A stretch of DNA of 64,000 bases, from positions 47,710 through 111,709 of the forward strand of contig CAVQSJ010000036.1 of NCBI GenBank assembly GCA_963715845.1, written 5' to 3'. The position numbers and the translations under genes were made by a program. The notes under the pieces are model-generated. The model saw nothing but the letters and a program-made list of their open reading frames with translations. It was not told the DNA's origin and made no database searches. Positions 1 to 8,431 of this stretch are shown here, in pieces (positions within the stretch are counted from its first letter, which is position 1; every line of letters begins with the position of its first letter). This DNA comes from an uncultured Gammaproteobacteria bacterium. Its GTDB lineage: Bacteria > Pseudomonadota > Gammaproteobacteria > Competibacterales > Competibacteraceae.

Positions 1-521
1 CCTTGCAGGCCGACCGTCTTGAGCAAATACGTGGACAGCGGCGCGATATACACCGAGGCCAAACCAAATCCGGATACCACGATGCCGGCGATCAGACCGG
101 TCTTGGCCGGCGGAAACCACTTCAGGGAGGGTGGCGTGGCCGAGGAGTAGCCAAACCCGAATCCCATGCCCGCCATAACCCCGAATCCCAGCACCCACAG
201 CCAGTAGCTGGTGGTCTGGGACAGCACGAGGAATCCAGCGCCGACCAGAAGACCGCCAAGAATTGCAGTCATTCGCGGGCCAAAGCGATCCTGACATTTC
301 CCACCCAGGATCATCGAAAAGGCGAACGCCAAACAGCAGACCGCATAGGGGTCGTTGATGGAGGCCAAATCCCATTGGAAAGCGTCTGGCCCTCCCCGTT
401 TGATCGAGTCGCTGATGGCGCCCTTGAAAATACTCCAGGTATAAAGAACGCCAAGAGCCAGATTGATGCCGGTAGCCGCCATTACGACGGTCCAGCCTTT
501 GTTCTTCAGAGATTGCGCCAT
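1..521 (-). CDS. MFS transporter, oxalate/formate antiporter (OFA) family; N-terminal part, runs off the window start
   Basis: Minus-strand translation from the ATG at 521 (RBS GGAGG at 527-533) gives MAQSLKNKGWTVVMAATGINLALGVLYTW...GGKCQDRFGPRMTA, the OFA-family signature. The gene continues past position 1. Confidence 0.8.
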   Translation of the reverse strand, partial: MAQSLKNKGWTVVMAATGINLALGVLYTWSIFKGAISDSIKRGGPDAFQWDLASINDPYAVCCLAFAFSMILGGKCQDRFGPRMTAILGGLLVGAGFLVLSQTTSYWLWVLGFGVMAGMGFGFGYSSATPPSLKWFPPAKTGLIAGIVVSGFGLASVYIAPLSTYLLKTVGLQ

Positions 522-533
522 GATTTGGCCTCC

Positions 534-1070
534 TTACGGTGTGTTCGTCTCAACTTGAGGGGTTGGCTTAGGTACGGGGTAATTTTCGCTGCCCGACTTA
601 ACCGCTGGGGGTGTCGGGGTATTTGAGCCTGCGCTCCCGAACAACCGGTCCATGGCCCGGCCCAGGCGTACGGTCTCTTCGTAAATGATCTGCAGAAAAC
701 GCCGCCGCGCCTCGGGATCCTCCAGGGGATAACCGAGCAGAATCTCGGTAAACGAGCGAATGCTGGTCAGGGGGGTGCGGATCTCATGGTTCAGGACCGT
801 GATCACCTCCCGATCCAATGGCAGAGGAAACAGCAACCCACCGCTGGGGAGATCCGCGCAGCGATGCTTCGCGGTGGGTTGCCGAGTGCGCCTCTCTCCG
901 CTTTCGTGGAGGCGACGCTCGCTCAATTCCTGAAATCTGGCACAGTCCTCATATCGGGAGGTGCAATGCCGGACGATGACTTCCACATGATAGGGCGAAA
1001 TATAGCCAGCCCCCACGTCACAGTGGTCGATGCTCTGCCCGTAAAAGGGGCAAACCCGCTGGCCATTCAT
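534..1070 (-). CDS. small HisKA-domain protein with an N-terminal Cys-rich motif and no HATPase_c domain
   Basis: The track ORF 534..1136 contains a canonical H-box (ITVLNHEIRTPLTSIRSFTEILL) but ends in a Pro-rich tail with no ATPase domain. The N-terminus has CPFYGQSIDHC...HC..DC. The preferred start is the ATG at 1070, with GGAG 7 nt upstream. Confidence 0.55.
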   Translation of the reverse strand: MNGQRVCPFYGQSIDHCDVGAGYISPYHVEVIVRHCTSRYEDCARFQELSERRLHESGERRTRQPTAKHRCADLPSGGLLFPLPLDREVITVLNHEIRTPLTSIRSFTEILLGYPLEDPEARRRFLQIIYEETVRLGRAMDRLFGSAGSNTPTPPAVKSGSENYPVPKPTPQVETNTP

Positions 1071-1110
1071 GTTCGCTCCATTCCCTGTTGTTGGCTGGCA
1101 CTCGACCAAG

Positions 1111-1126
1111 AGCAAGCCTTGTGCCA
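1111..1126 (-). promoter_or_regulatory. sigma-54 (-24/-12) promoter upstream of the HisKA-only protein and the MFS transporter
   Basis: The minus strand reads TGGCAC-AAGGC-TTGCT (plus strand agcaagccttgtgcca). This matches the TGGCAC-N5-TTGCW consensus and lies about 40 nt upstream of the ATG at 1070. It is immediately downstream of an NtrC-type activator gene. Confidence 0.5.
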
Positions 1127-1441
1127 GCGGCTTCAACCTGGCGCATCGGAATAAAATTCATATATTTTTTATTTGCTTAGGTAAACAGAGGGACGAGCGG
1201 TGGCGGGAGGCGAGCTTGCGGTGATGCGAAAGGCGGGATGCTCGGTCAAGAGGCGGCCACTGCGGACCACGCGGAAGTTTTTTATGAATGCTAAACAATA
1301 TCAGTAAGTTATTATGGTTAGGGAAATCGTGGCAGGTTTTCGCGGTTTTGCGCGAGGCAGTTTGCAGAAATGCCAAAAACCTCCTGGGTCAGTCGGTGAT
1401 CGCAACCACCGCCTCGACGGCCCGCGCCCTTAGGTCTGCGC

Positions 1442-2809
1442 TTAGCGCAATCCGTATTTTTTTATCTTCCGGTAGACGGTGGCGACATTCATACCCGCTT
1501 GATGGGCGACCTCCTCGATGTTTCCACCGCTGGCCTGGAGCAGCCGGGTCAGATATTCGGTTTCGAAGCGCGCCAATGCCGTGGCGTAATCGAGTTCACC
1601 GATATCTCGAGCGAGCGTGGCGTTCTGGTCTGGCAGTCCGATGAGTTGGGTCACGACCGCGGGTCCGATGTAGTCGCTGTTGTCGATAGCCATGGCGGCC
1701 TGCACCACGTTGCTGAGCTGGCGGATGTTACCTGGCCAGTCGTACTGGATCATGGCTTCCATCGCCTCGCGACTAAAACCTTTAACGTGAGTGCCAAAAC
1801 GCTTGTTCTGTTCCTTGACGAAATGGGCCAGGAGCAGGGGAATATCGGAGCGGCGCTCCCGCAACGGCGGGAGACGTAGATGGACCACGTTGAGACGGTA
1901 GTATAAATCCTCGCGGAAAGCGCCACTCTGCACGGCGACCTGCAGATCGAGATTGGTGGCGGACAGTACGCGCACGTCCACCTTGATGGGGGTAGTTTCT
2001 CCCACGCGGTAAAATTCCTGCTCTTGCAGGAACCGCAACAAGGTTTTTTGCACGTTCGGAGGCAGGGTTCCCACCTCGTCGAGAAACAGAGTGCCACCGT
2101 CAGCGGTTTCGATCAGACCCTTGTGATCGCGCTCGGCCCCCGTGAAGGCTCCCTTGCGATGGCCGAAGAGTTCGCTTTCCAGCAGCGCCTCCGGTATGGC
2201 CCCGCAATTGATGGCGACGAATTTGCCCTCCTTGCGCCGGGAGTAATGGCGGATCGCGCGAGCCACCAGTTCCTTGCCGGTACCGGATTCCCCGCTGATC
2301 AGCACCGGAATGTCGCGAATCGCCACTTTCCGCGCCGTTTCGAGAATGCTGAGCAGATGCGGCGAGTTGCCCACGATCGAACCCTGCCAGGCCGCCAGTT
2401 CTTGCTTGAGTTCGCGATTTTCCTTGATCAGTTCGGTTTGACGCAGCGCGTTGCGGACCCGCGACAACAACTCCTCGGGCTCGAAGGGCTTGGTCAGGAA
2501 ATCGTAGGCACCCTTGCGCAACGCTTGAATCGACAGATCGACCGTGGCGTGCGCCGTGATCATGATGACCGGTAGCGCCGGGTCCTGCTGCTTGACCTTT
2601 TGCAAGACATCGAGACCGTTCATCACCGGCATTTTGATATCGGTAATCACCAGATCGTAGCTGCCCGGCTCAAACCCCGTCATCGCATCGAGCGCATGGG
2701 TGTAAGCCGAGACGGCATAATCCCGATCCGACAGGATAGCCTCCACCATCCGGCACACGGCCTCATCGTTGTCGACCAGCAAAATCCGCTTCCGCCCGCC
2801 AGCCATCAC
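1442..2809 (-). CDS. sigma-54-dependent Fis-family response regulator (NtrC-like): receiver, AAA+ and HTH domains
   Basis: Receiver domain (LLVDND...DLVITDIKMP), the sigma-54 interaction motifs GESGTGKE and GAFTGA, and a C-terminal Fis-type HTH. Confidence 0.9.
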   Translation of the reverse strand: MMAGGRKRILLVDNDEAVCRMVEAILSDRDYAVSAYTHALDAMTGFEPGSYDLVITDIKMPVMNGLDVLQKVKQQDPALPVIMITAHATVDLSIQALRKGAYDFLTKPFEPEELLSRVRNALRQTELIKENRELKQELAAWQGSIVGNSPHLLSILETARKVAIRDIPVLISGESGTGKELVARAIRHYSRRKEGKFVAINCGAIPEALLESELFGHRKGAFTGAERDHKGLIETADGGTLFLDEVGTLPPNVQKTLLRFLQEQEFYRVGETTPIKVDVRVLSATNLDLQVAVQSGAFREDLYYRLNVVHLRLPPLRERRSDIPLLLAHFVKEQNKRFGTHVKGFSREAMEAMIQYDWPGNIRQLSNVVQAAMAIDNSDYIGPAVVTQLIGLPDQNATLARDIGELDYATALARFETEYLTRLLQASGGNIEEVAHQAGMNVATVYRKIKKYGLR

Positions 2810-4761
2810 ACGGACTCTCGGTGGGCTGGCAAACTCACGGTCACGGTCGTGCCCTCGCCCACCTCGCTGGCGACCTCGATCTTGCCGCCGTGTTGTTCCA
2901 CGATGGTCCGGGTGATCGCCAGTCCCAAACCCGTTCCTCGCGCCTTGGTGGTGAAGAAGGGCTCAAAAATTTTCTCCAGGTTTTCCGGCGAAATGCCGGA
3001 ACCCGAATCCTGGAAAGTGATGTTCACGCGGCCATTCTCGCCCGCCGCGGTACCCACCACCAGGCGACCTCCTTCGGGCATGGCGGCGCCCGCATTGAGC
3101 ATCAGGTTCATGGCAACCTGGCGGATCTGGTCGCCATCCACCCAAAGCCGGGGTAATTGGGAATCGAAGGTGGTGACGATGTTGACCGCGTCCATATCGG
3201 TATGATGGGCCGCGAAATCGACGATCTGTTCGAGGAGTGCGTTGATATCGGTTTCTTCCAGCACGGGCTTGGGCACGCGGGCGTAGCTCAGCAAATCCTG
3301 CACGATATTTTTGCAGCGCTTGCTTTCGCGCTTGATCTCCTGAATATATTTGAAGCCGGGGTCATCGGGATCCATTTTACTTTCCAAGTGGGCGGCATAG
3401 CCCAGGATGACACCCAGAGGATTATTGATCTCATGGGCCACCTCCGAGGACAGGACTCCGAGAGAAGCCATCTTGTTCTGCTGAGCGAGACTGGCCTCCA
3501 ATTCCTTGTTCTTGCGCAACACCTCCGTCATCCGATTGAAATCCGCGGCCAGTTCGCCCAGCTCGTCACTGGCCGTGACGGCGAGTTGGGTGTCCAACCG
3601 GCCCCGTTTGACTTCGCGCACTCCCGCCATCAGGCGTTGAATCGGATCGGTCAGGAACTTGGACACAAAAAATACGAGAATCACCGCGCATGAGCCCACC
3701 ACGAAAGTCAGTATGCCCATGCTGGACCAGATGCGCCTCTCGATCGCATTGGCTGATTCGTAGAACTCATTTTCGTAAGAGCCTACCGCGACGATCCAGT
3801 CCCAGGGTGCGAAATACTGATAGCGAACGATTTTCATGCGGGGAGCCGAGTCTGTCTCGTTCCGCCAGGGATAGCGTATCCAGCCATTCTTGCGCTCGAT
3901 CATCTCGCGGATGAAGTAACGGCCAGCCTGATCCTTTTCATCGTGGATGTTCTGTCCCTCCCGAAACGGGTGGATCGTCAGTTCTCCGCGCGTGGTCATG
4001 GCGTAAATATAGCCGGTCGCGCCGACCGCCTTATCCAGGATATTCTCCTTGAGTTCTTGCAGCGCTTGCTTTTCGAACGCCACATCTTCGTAGGTCTCTT
4101 CCAGATAACCACCCGCCGCGATGATCCAATCCCAAGGCTGAAAGTACATATAAGCTACGATTTTATTCCGAGGGCGGGTTTCTCCCAGGATCGGATTGCG
4201 CCAGGGATAGACGATATAAAGCACTTCGCCGGGTTTCGCGGCGACCGCCTTCTCGCACATCTCCCGGATGAAGCGGCGGCCTTTCTCATCTTCAGCGTCA
4301 TAGATATTTTCGCCTTCCTGGGCGACATGAATCGTCAGGTCGCCTTTCGAGGTCATGGCATAGAGATAGCCTGTTTCACCCACGCTAATGTTTTTGAACG
4401 CCTTTCTGGCTTCCTGTTGAACCTCCTCCAGGGCGTGCTGACCGCTCGCATACTGCTCGTGCTGAACCGCCACGAGGTTGTAGGCAAACCGCGCCAAAGT
4501 AGCCAGATCTTTGTAGACAGTCCGTCGCTTGTCTTCCTTGTACACCTCAAACTGCTCATAGTGAGCATTCAGGAGATCCAGCGTGAATTGGGCCATGTGC
4601 TCGAGATCGGCTCTAGTCGCCTGGGTAATTCCCAGATACGCTTGCTGCTCGGATACATAGCCGACGATTACACCTACGCTGAGGACAGGCAGTAGCACGA
4701 GTGGCACCACCGCCGCCAGCAGCTTTTCACGGATCTTCAGGTCGCGCATGAAACGCAGCAT
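2806..4761 (-). CDS. sensor histidine kinase with a tandem periplasmic Cache-like domain, HAMP, HisKA and HATPase_c
   Basis: Two repeated GYLYAMT.KG.LTIH / GYIYAMTTRGELTIHP modules flanked by transmembrane segments; H-box EVAHEINNPL; the ATPase G-boxes GTGLGL. The start was chosen at the ATG at 4761 (the track ORF extends to 4809). It overlaps the regulator gene start by ATGA. Confidence 0.85.
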   Translation of the reverse strand: MLRFMRDLKIREKLLAAVVPLVLLPVLSVGVIVGYVSEQQAYLGITQATRADLEHMAQFTLDLLNAHYEQFEVYKEDKRRTVYKDLATLARFAYNLVAVQHEQYASGQHALEEVQQEARKAFKNISVGETGYLYAMTSKGDLTIHVAQEGENIYDAEDEKGRRFIREMCEKAVAAKPGEVLYIVYPWRNPILGETRPRNKIVAYMYFQPWDWIIAAGGYLEETYEDVAFEKQALQELKENILDKAVGATGYIYAMTTRGELTIHPFREGQNIHDEKDQAGRYFIREMIERKNGWIRYPWRNETDSAPRMKIVRYQYFAPWDWIVAVGSYENEFYESANAIERRIWSSMGILTFVVGSCAVILVFFVSKFLTDPIQRLMAGVREVKRGRLDTQLAVTASDELGELAADFNRMTEVLRKNKELEASLAQQNKMASLGVLSSEVAHEINNPLGVILGYAAHLESKMDPDDPGFKYIQEIKRESKRCKNIVQDLLSYARVPKPVLEETDINALLEQIVDFAAHHTDMDAVNIVTTFDSQLPRLWVDGDQIRQVAMNLMLNAGAAMPEGGRLVVGTAAGENGRVNITFQDSGSGISPENLEKIFEPFFTTKARGTGLGLAITRTIVEQHGGKIEVASEVGEGTTVTVSLPAHRESV

Positions 4762-5021
4762 ATTGATCACCCGATCGCCTAACTTCTTGTAGTATATCCC
4801 AAGTTGCATCTTTCCCCGGCTTTGGCAACCACCTGGGCGACAATTGCCGACGCTGGGTTTGCCAGCAGTCGCGATCCCTCGGGGCTACGCGCCACCCCGC
4901 CGGCAAGCGGTGGCAGAGGTCATGCTCGTCAGTATAGACTGGGGTCCCCGCGCTACCATCAGGGGGATGAGTGGACGTGGTTTGTGTTAATCTGTAAAAA
5001 AATCGCTGCTGAAAGCTGCTG

Positions 5022-5825
5022 ATGCTGAAAATCGCTACCTGGAACGTAAATTCCCTGAACGTGCGTCTGCCGCAAGTGTTGGACTGGCTGCGCGACCGAC
5101 AGCCGGATATTCTGGCCCTGCAGGAAACCAAGCTCACCGATCCCGATTTCCCGACGCTGGACATCGCCAATGCTGGCTATCAGTCCGTGTTCGCTGGGCA
5201 GAAGACCTACAACGGCGTAGCGATTCTCAGCCGACTACCGGCTGGCGAAACGGTCACCGACCTGCCGGGACTGGACGATCCGCAGCGGCGGGTGCTGGGC
5301 GCGACCATCGACAGCGTGCGGGTGTTGAACCTCTACGTCCCCAACGGTCAATCCGTCGGTTCCGACAAGTACGCCTACAAGCTCGCTTGGCTGGATCGAC
5401 TTGCCACCTGGCTGGAAACCGAACTGGCCCACCATCCCCGGCTGGTGGTGCTGGGCGATTTCAACATCGCGCCCGAAGACCGCGACGTGCACGATCCCGC
5501 CGCCTGGGCCGGCCAAGTGCTGTGTAGCGACGCGGAACGAGTCGCGTTCCGCCGGTTGCTGGACCTGGGGTTTAAGGACACTTTCCGCCTGTTTCCGCAA
5601 GAAGAGCATGCCTTTAGCTGGTGGGACTATCGCGCCGCCGCCTTTCGCCGCAATCTCGGCCTGCGCATCGACCACATTCTCGCCAGTCCGGCGCTGGCGG
5701 CGGATTGCACGGCCTGTGGGGTGGACAAGGCCCCGCGCCGGCTGGAACGCCCGTCCGATCACGCGCCGGTGATCGCCGAATTCGCAATCACTGACCTCTG
5801 CCCCCCTGTGACCCCTGACCCCTGA
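5022..5825 (+). CDS. xthA: exodeoxyribonuclease III
   Basis: [16 protein letters not shown]...LALQETK...SDHAPV is diagnostic of the ExoIII/AP endonuclease family. Confidence 0.9.
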   Translation: MLKIATWNVNSLNVRLPQVLDWLRDRQPDILALQETKLTDPDFPTLDIANAGYQSVFAGQKTYNGVAILSRLPAGETVTDLPGLDDPQRRVLGATIDSVRVLNLYVPNGQSVGSDKYAYKLAWLDRLATWLETELAHHPRLVVLGDFNIAPEDRDVHDPAAWAGQVLCSDAERVAFRRLLDLGFKDTFRLFPQEEHAFSWWDYRAAAFRRNLGLRIDHILASPALAADCTACGVDKAPRRLERPSDHAPVIAEFAITDLCPPVTPDP

Positions 5826-5840
5826 CCCCTGACCCCTCAA
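5800..5840. repeat. heptamer tandem repeat (TGACCCC)x4 covering the xthA stop codon
   Basis: The sequence gtgacccctgacccctgacccctgacccct is seen directly. It encodes the C-terminal TPDP tail of XthA and supplies its stop codon. Confidence 0.6.
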
Positions 5841-5842
5841 TC

Positions 5843-8431
5843 ATGGAACATCGTCCCCGCAACGTGCTGGTGACCGGCGGTGCCGGTTTCATCGGTTGCA
5901 ACTTCGTTCGCCACCTTCTGGCCACCGACCCCGATGTTTGCATCGTCACCCTCGACCTGCTGACTTACGCCGGCTCGCTGGACAACCTGCGTGACCTGCC
6001 CGACCCCGCCCGGCATGTCTTCGTTCAGGGCGACATCTGCGACCGGCCGCTGGTGGATTATCTGCTGCGCGAGCACGCTATCGATACCATCGCCCATTTT
6101 GCCGCCGAAAGCCATGTTGACCGTTCCATCACCGGGCCGGCGGCTTTCGTCGAAACGAATCTGGTCGGCACTTTCACCCTGCTGGAAGCAGCACGTCAGT
6201 TTTGGTTGATCGAAAAAACCCTGCCGGATATGCCCGTCCGCTTTCATCACATTAGCAGCGTGACGGGCGACACGCCGGTACTGGTGCGCAACAGGCAAAC
6301 TGACGAAGTGGTCTTGCAACCGATCGTCGATCTCGAAGCGCAAAACCTGGCCGATCTCGATATCCTCACCATGACGAATGATTATCAGGTTGGGTTTCAT
6401 CCCATCGGGAGCTTTATCAAGCATCCGGTGGATCGGGTCTATGAAATTACTTATAACGGCGGGGGCCGGATTCGGGCGACGGAATCCCACTCCGTATTCG
6501 TTTTCACCGAGCAGGGCATCATCGCCAAACCCTCCAACCAGTTGGAGATCGGCGACCTGTTAATCACGTTTGTGGGCCAAGACGCATCCAGTCGCCAACC
6601 CCACGTTTTTGACCTGAGCCAAAAACTCTCTGAATATTCCTACCAAGGGTTGGATGTAGCTCTGGAGAGGCGACAACATATTTTGCAAACCGTCGCCGTT
6701 GGCGGGAGATTCTCCCGCTCCAGCCTGAACGCCCAACTGGCTCCGGATATCAACGGTACCGCCGCCTACCGTTTGTTTGAAAAACTGGCTGAAGAGGGAT
6801 TCCTGACCCAGGAAAACGGTCTTTATCAGGCCACGGCCGCGACGCTCCAAGACTCCACGCTCCAAGCCGGGCGTCAGCGGTGGCAACTGATGAAAAACAA
6901 GCTTCACATCCCTTACGATACCTTGGCCGTAACACCCCTGCTGATGGAAGTGTTCGGCCTTTATCTGGCCGAGGGACATGGAGCCCGCACGCCGGCGGAA
7001 ATGCAAAGCTCCAATCGGAATGTCACGTTCACCATTGGATTGAACGAAACCCGGCAACTCGAATTGTTGCGGCGCTGCGCCGAGCAGGTTTTCGGCATTC
7101 ATGCCTCGGTTAGCCAGCGATCTTCCACCTACCAAGTGACCTATTCATCACGCTGGGTTCATGCGCTGTTTGCCGAATTTGGATGCACGGCGGAGACCAA
7201 GCGCCTGCCCGGATGGATATGGTCTCAACCGAAAGAATTCATCGTGGCGTTTTTCAAAGGTTACGAAGGAGATGCCACCTTGAAACGCGACGGACGGCGC
7301 TATTACACGACCGTCAACCGGCAGCTTGCCGAGAGCCTGCTATGGCTGGCTCGCCTAAACGATCTGAATGCATTGATCAGCAGTCGCACCATTCAGCAGG
7401 TTGCTGGCAAAGTTCCGCCGGGCATTACCGTCAGTCGCAAGCGGGAATTCTATGACTTGCAAATCACCGCCGAGAGTGCCCGCGATCATGACCACGATCA
7501 TTGGCGATCACCCATGGCACGCTGTATCCCCAATTCGTTTGTGATGAACCTGTTGGGATGTCGGTCCAATGGTGGCGTCCACGTTCACCGCAAGCCACTG
7601 ATCAGCAAGGGGCAGGTGCAACGACTGGCGGATACCTTCAAGTCCGTCCCGCCCAACCTCGCGGCGTTGCTCAATTCACCGATTGGTGTCGCTCAGGTGA
7701 AGAGCATCGAAAAAATCGAGGGGGCCACCATGGTCTATGACATTTCGGTGCCGGGCAACGAAAAGTTCTTTGGGGGTAACGTGCCCTGCCTGTTGCACAA
7801 CACCGACGAGGTGTACGGCACGCTGAAACGCGGCGACCCGCCGTTCACCGAAACCACGCCCTACGGACCCAATTCGCCCTACTCCGCCTCCAAGGCCGGT
7901 TCCGACCACCTGGTGCGGGCCTATTTCCACACCTACGGCCTGCCGGTGGTCACCACCAACTGTTCCAACAACTACGGCCCCTTTCAGCACGGCGAGAAAT
8001 TCATCCCCACGGTGATCCGTTCCTGCCTGCTGCAAAAGCCGATTCCCGTCTATGGCGACGGCAGCAATATCCGCGACTGGCTCTATGTCGAGGACCATTG
8101 CCGGGGCATCGAGGCGGTGATCCGGCGTGGCCGGCCGGGCGAAACCTACAACATCGGCGGTTGCAACGAATGGGCGAACATCAACATTGCCAAACTAATC
8201 TGCACGCTGTTGGACGAACGACGCCCGGAACACGCCCCGCACCAACGGCTGATCAGCTTCGTCACCGACCGGCTCGGCCACGATTGGCGCTATGCCATCG
8301 ACGCTGGCAAGATGGATCGGGAATTGGGCTGGCGACCTCGGGAGACGTTCGCTACCGGCATCGCCAAAACCGTGGACTGGTACCTGCAACGCCACGCCGC
8401 CGATCTCAATCACCCCGAACCGAAACCATGA
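5843..8431 (+). CDS. rfbB: dTDP-glucose 4,6-dehydratase precursor interrupted by an intein (347-aa extein plus 515-aa intein)
   Basis: N-extein: [11 protein letters not shown] Rossmann motif ... FHHIS. C-extein: TDEVYG...[15 protein letters not shown] (the YxxxK motif) ... The combined extein length is typical of RmlB. The gene overlaps the next gene by ATGA. Confidence 0.85.
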   Translation: MEHRPRNVLVTGGAGFIGCNFVRHLLATDPDVCIVTLDLLTYAGSLDNLRDLPDPARHVFVQGDICDRPLVDYLLREHAIDTIAHFAAESHVDRSITGPAAFVETNLVGTFTLLEAARQFWLIEKTLPDMPVRFHHISSVTGDTPVLVRNRQTDEVVLQPIVDLEAQNLADLDILTMTNDYQVGFHPIGSFIKHPVDRVYEITYNGGGRIRATESHSVFVFTEQGIIAKPSNQLEIGDLLITFVGQDASSRQPHVFDLSQKLSEYSYQGLDVALERRQHILQTVAVGGRFSRSSLNAQLAPDINGTAAYRLFEKLAEEGFLTQENGLYQATAATLQDSTLQAGRQRWQLMKNKLHIPYDTLAVTPLLMEVFGLYLAEGHGARTPAEMQSSNRNVTFTIGLNETRQLELLRRCAEQVFGIHASVSQRSSTYQVTYSSRWVHALFAEFGCTAETKRLPGWIWSQPKEFIVAFFKGYEGDATLKRDGRRYYTTVNRQLAESLLWLARLNDLNALISSRTIQQVAGKVPPGITVSRKREFYDLQITAESARDHDHDHWRSPMARCIPNSFVMNLLGCRSNGGVHVHRKPLISKGQVQRLADTFKSVPPNLAALLNSPIGVAQVKSIEKIEGATMVYDISVPGNEKFFGGNVPCLLHNTDEVYGTLKRGDPPFTETTPYGPNSPYSASKAGSDHLVRAYFHTYGLPVVTTNCSNNYGPFQHGEKFIPTVIRSCLLQKPIPVYGDGSNIRDWLYVEDHCRGIEAVIRRGRPGETYNIGGCNEWANINIAKLICTLLDERRPEHAPHQRLISFVTDRLGHDWRYAIDAGKMDRELGWRPRETFATGIAKTVDWYLQRHAADLNHPEPKP
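6257..7801 (+). mobile_element. intein with a LAGLIDADG homing-endonuclease domain, inserted in the HIS|TDEVYG catalytic motif of RmlB
   Basis: The intein starts [10 protein letters not shown] (block A, Ser1), has a TxxH block B (ATESH), two LAGLIDADG motifs (GLYLAEGHG and FFKGYEGDA), and ends VPCLLHN followed by a +1 Thr. Its length, 1545 nt, is a multiple of 3. Confidence 0.75.

Noticed and set aside
1330-1375. sigma-54-like TGGCAT...TGCAA motif (minus strand) in the HisKA-protein / regulator spacer
   Set aside because: The GG-to-GC spacing is 9 nt rather than the required 12. The consensus-quality element at 1111-1126 is preferred.
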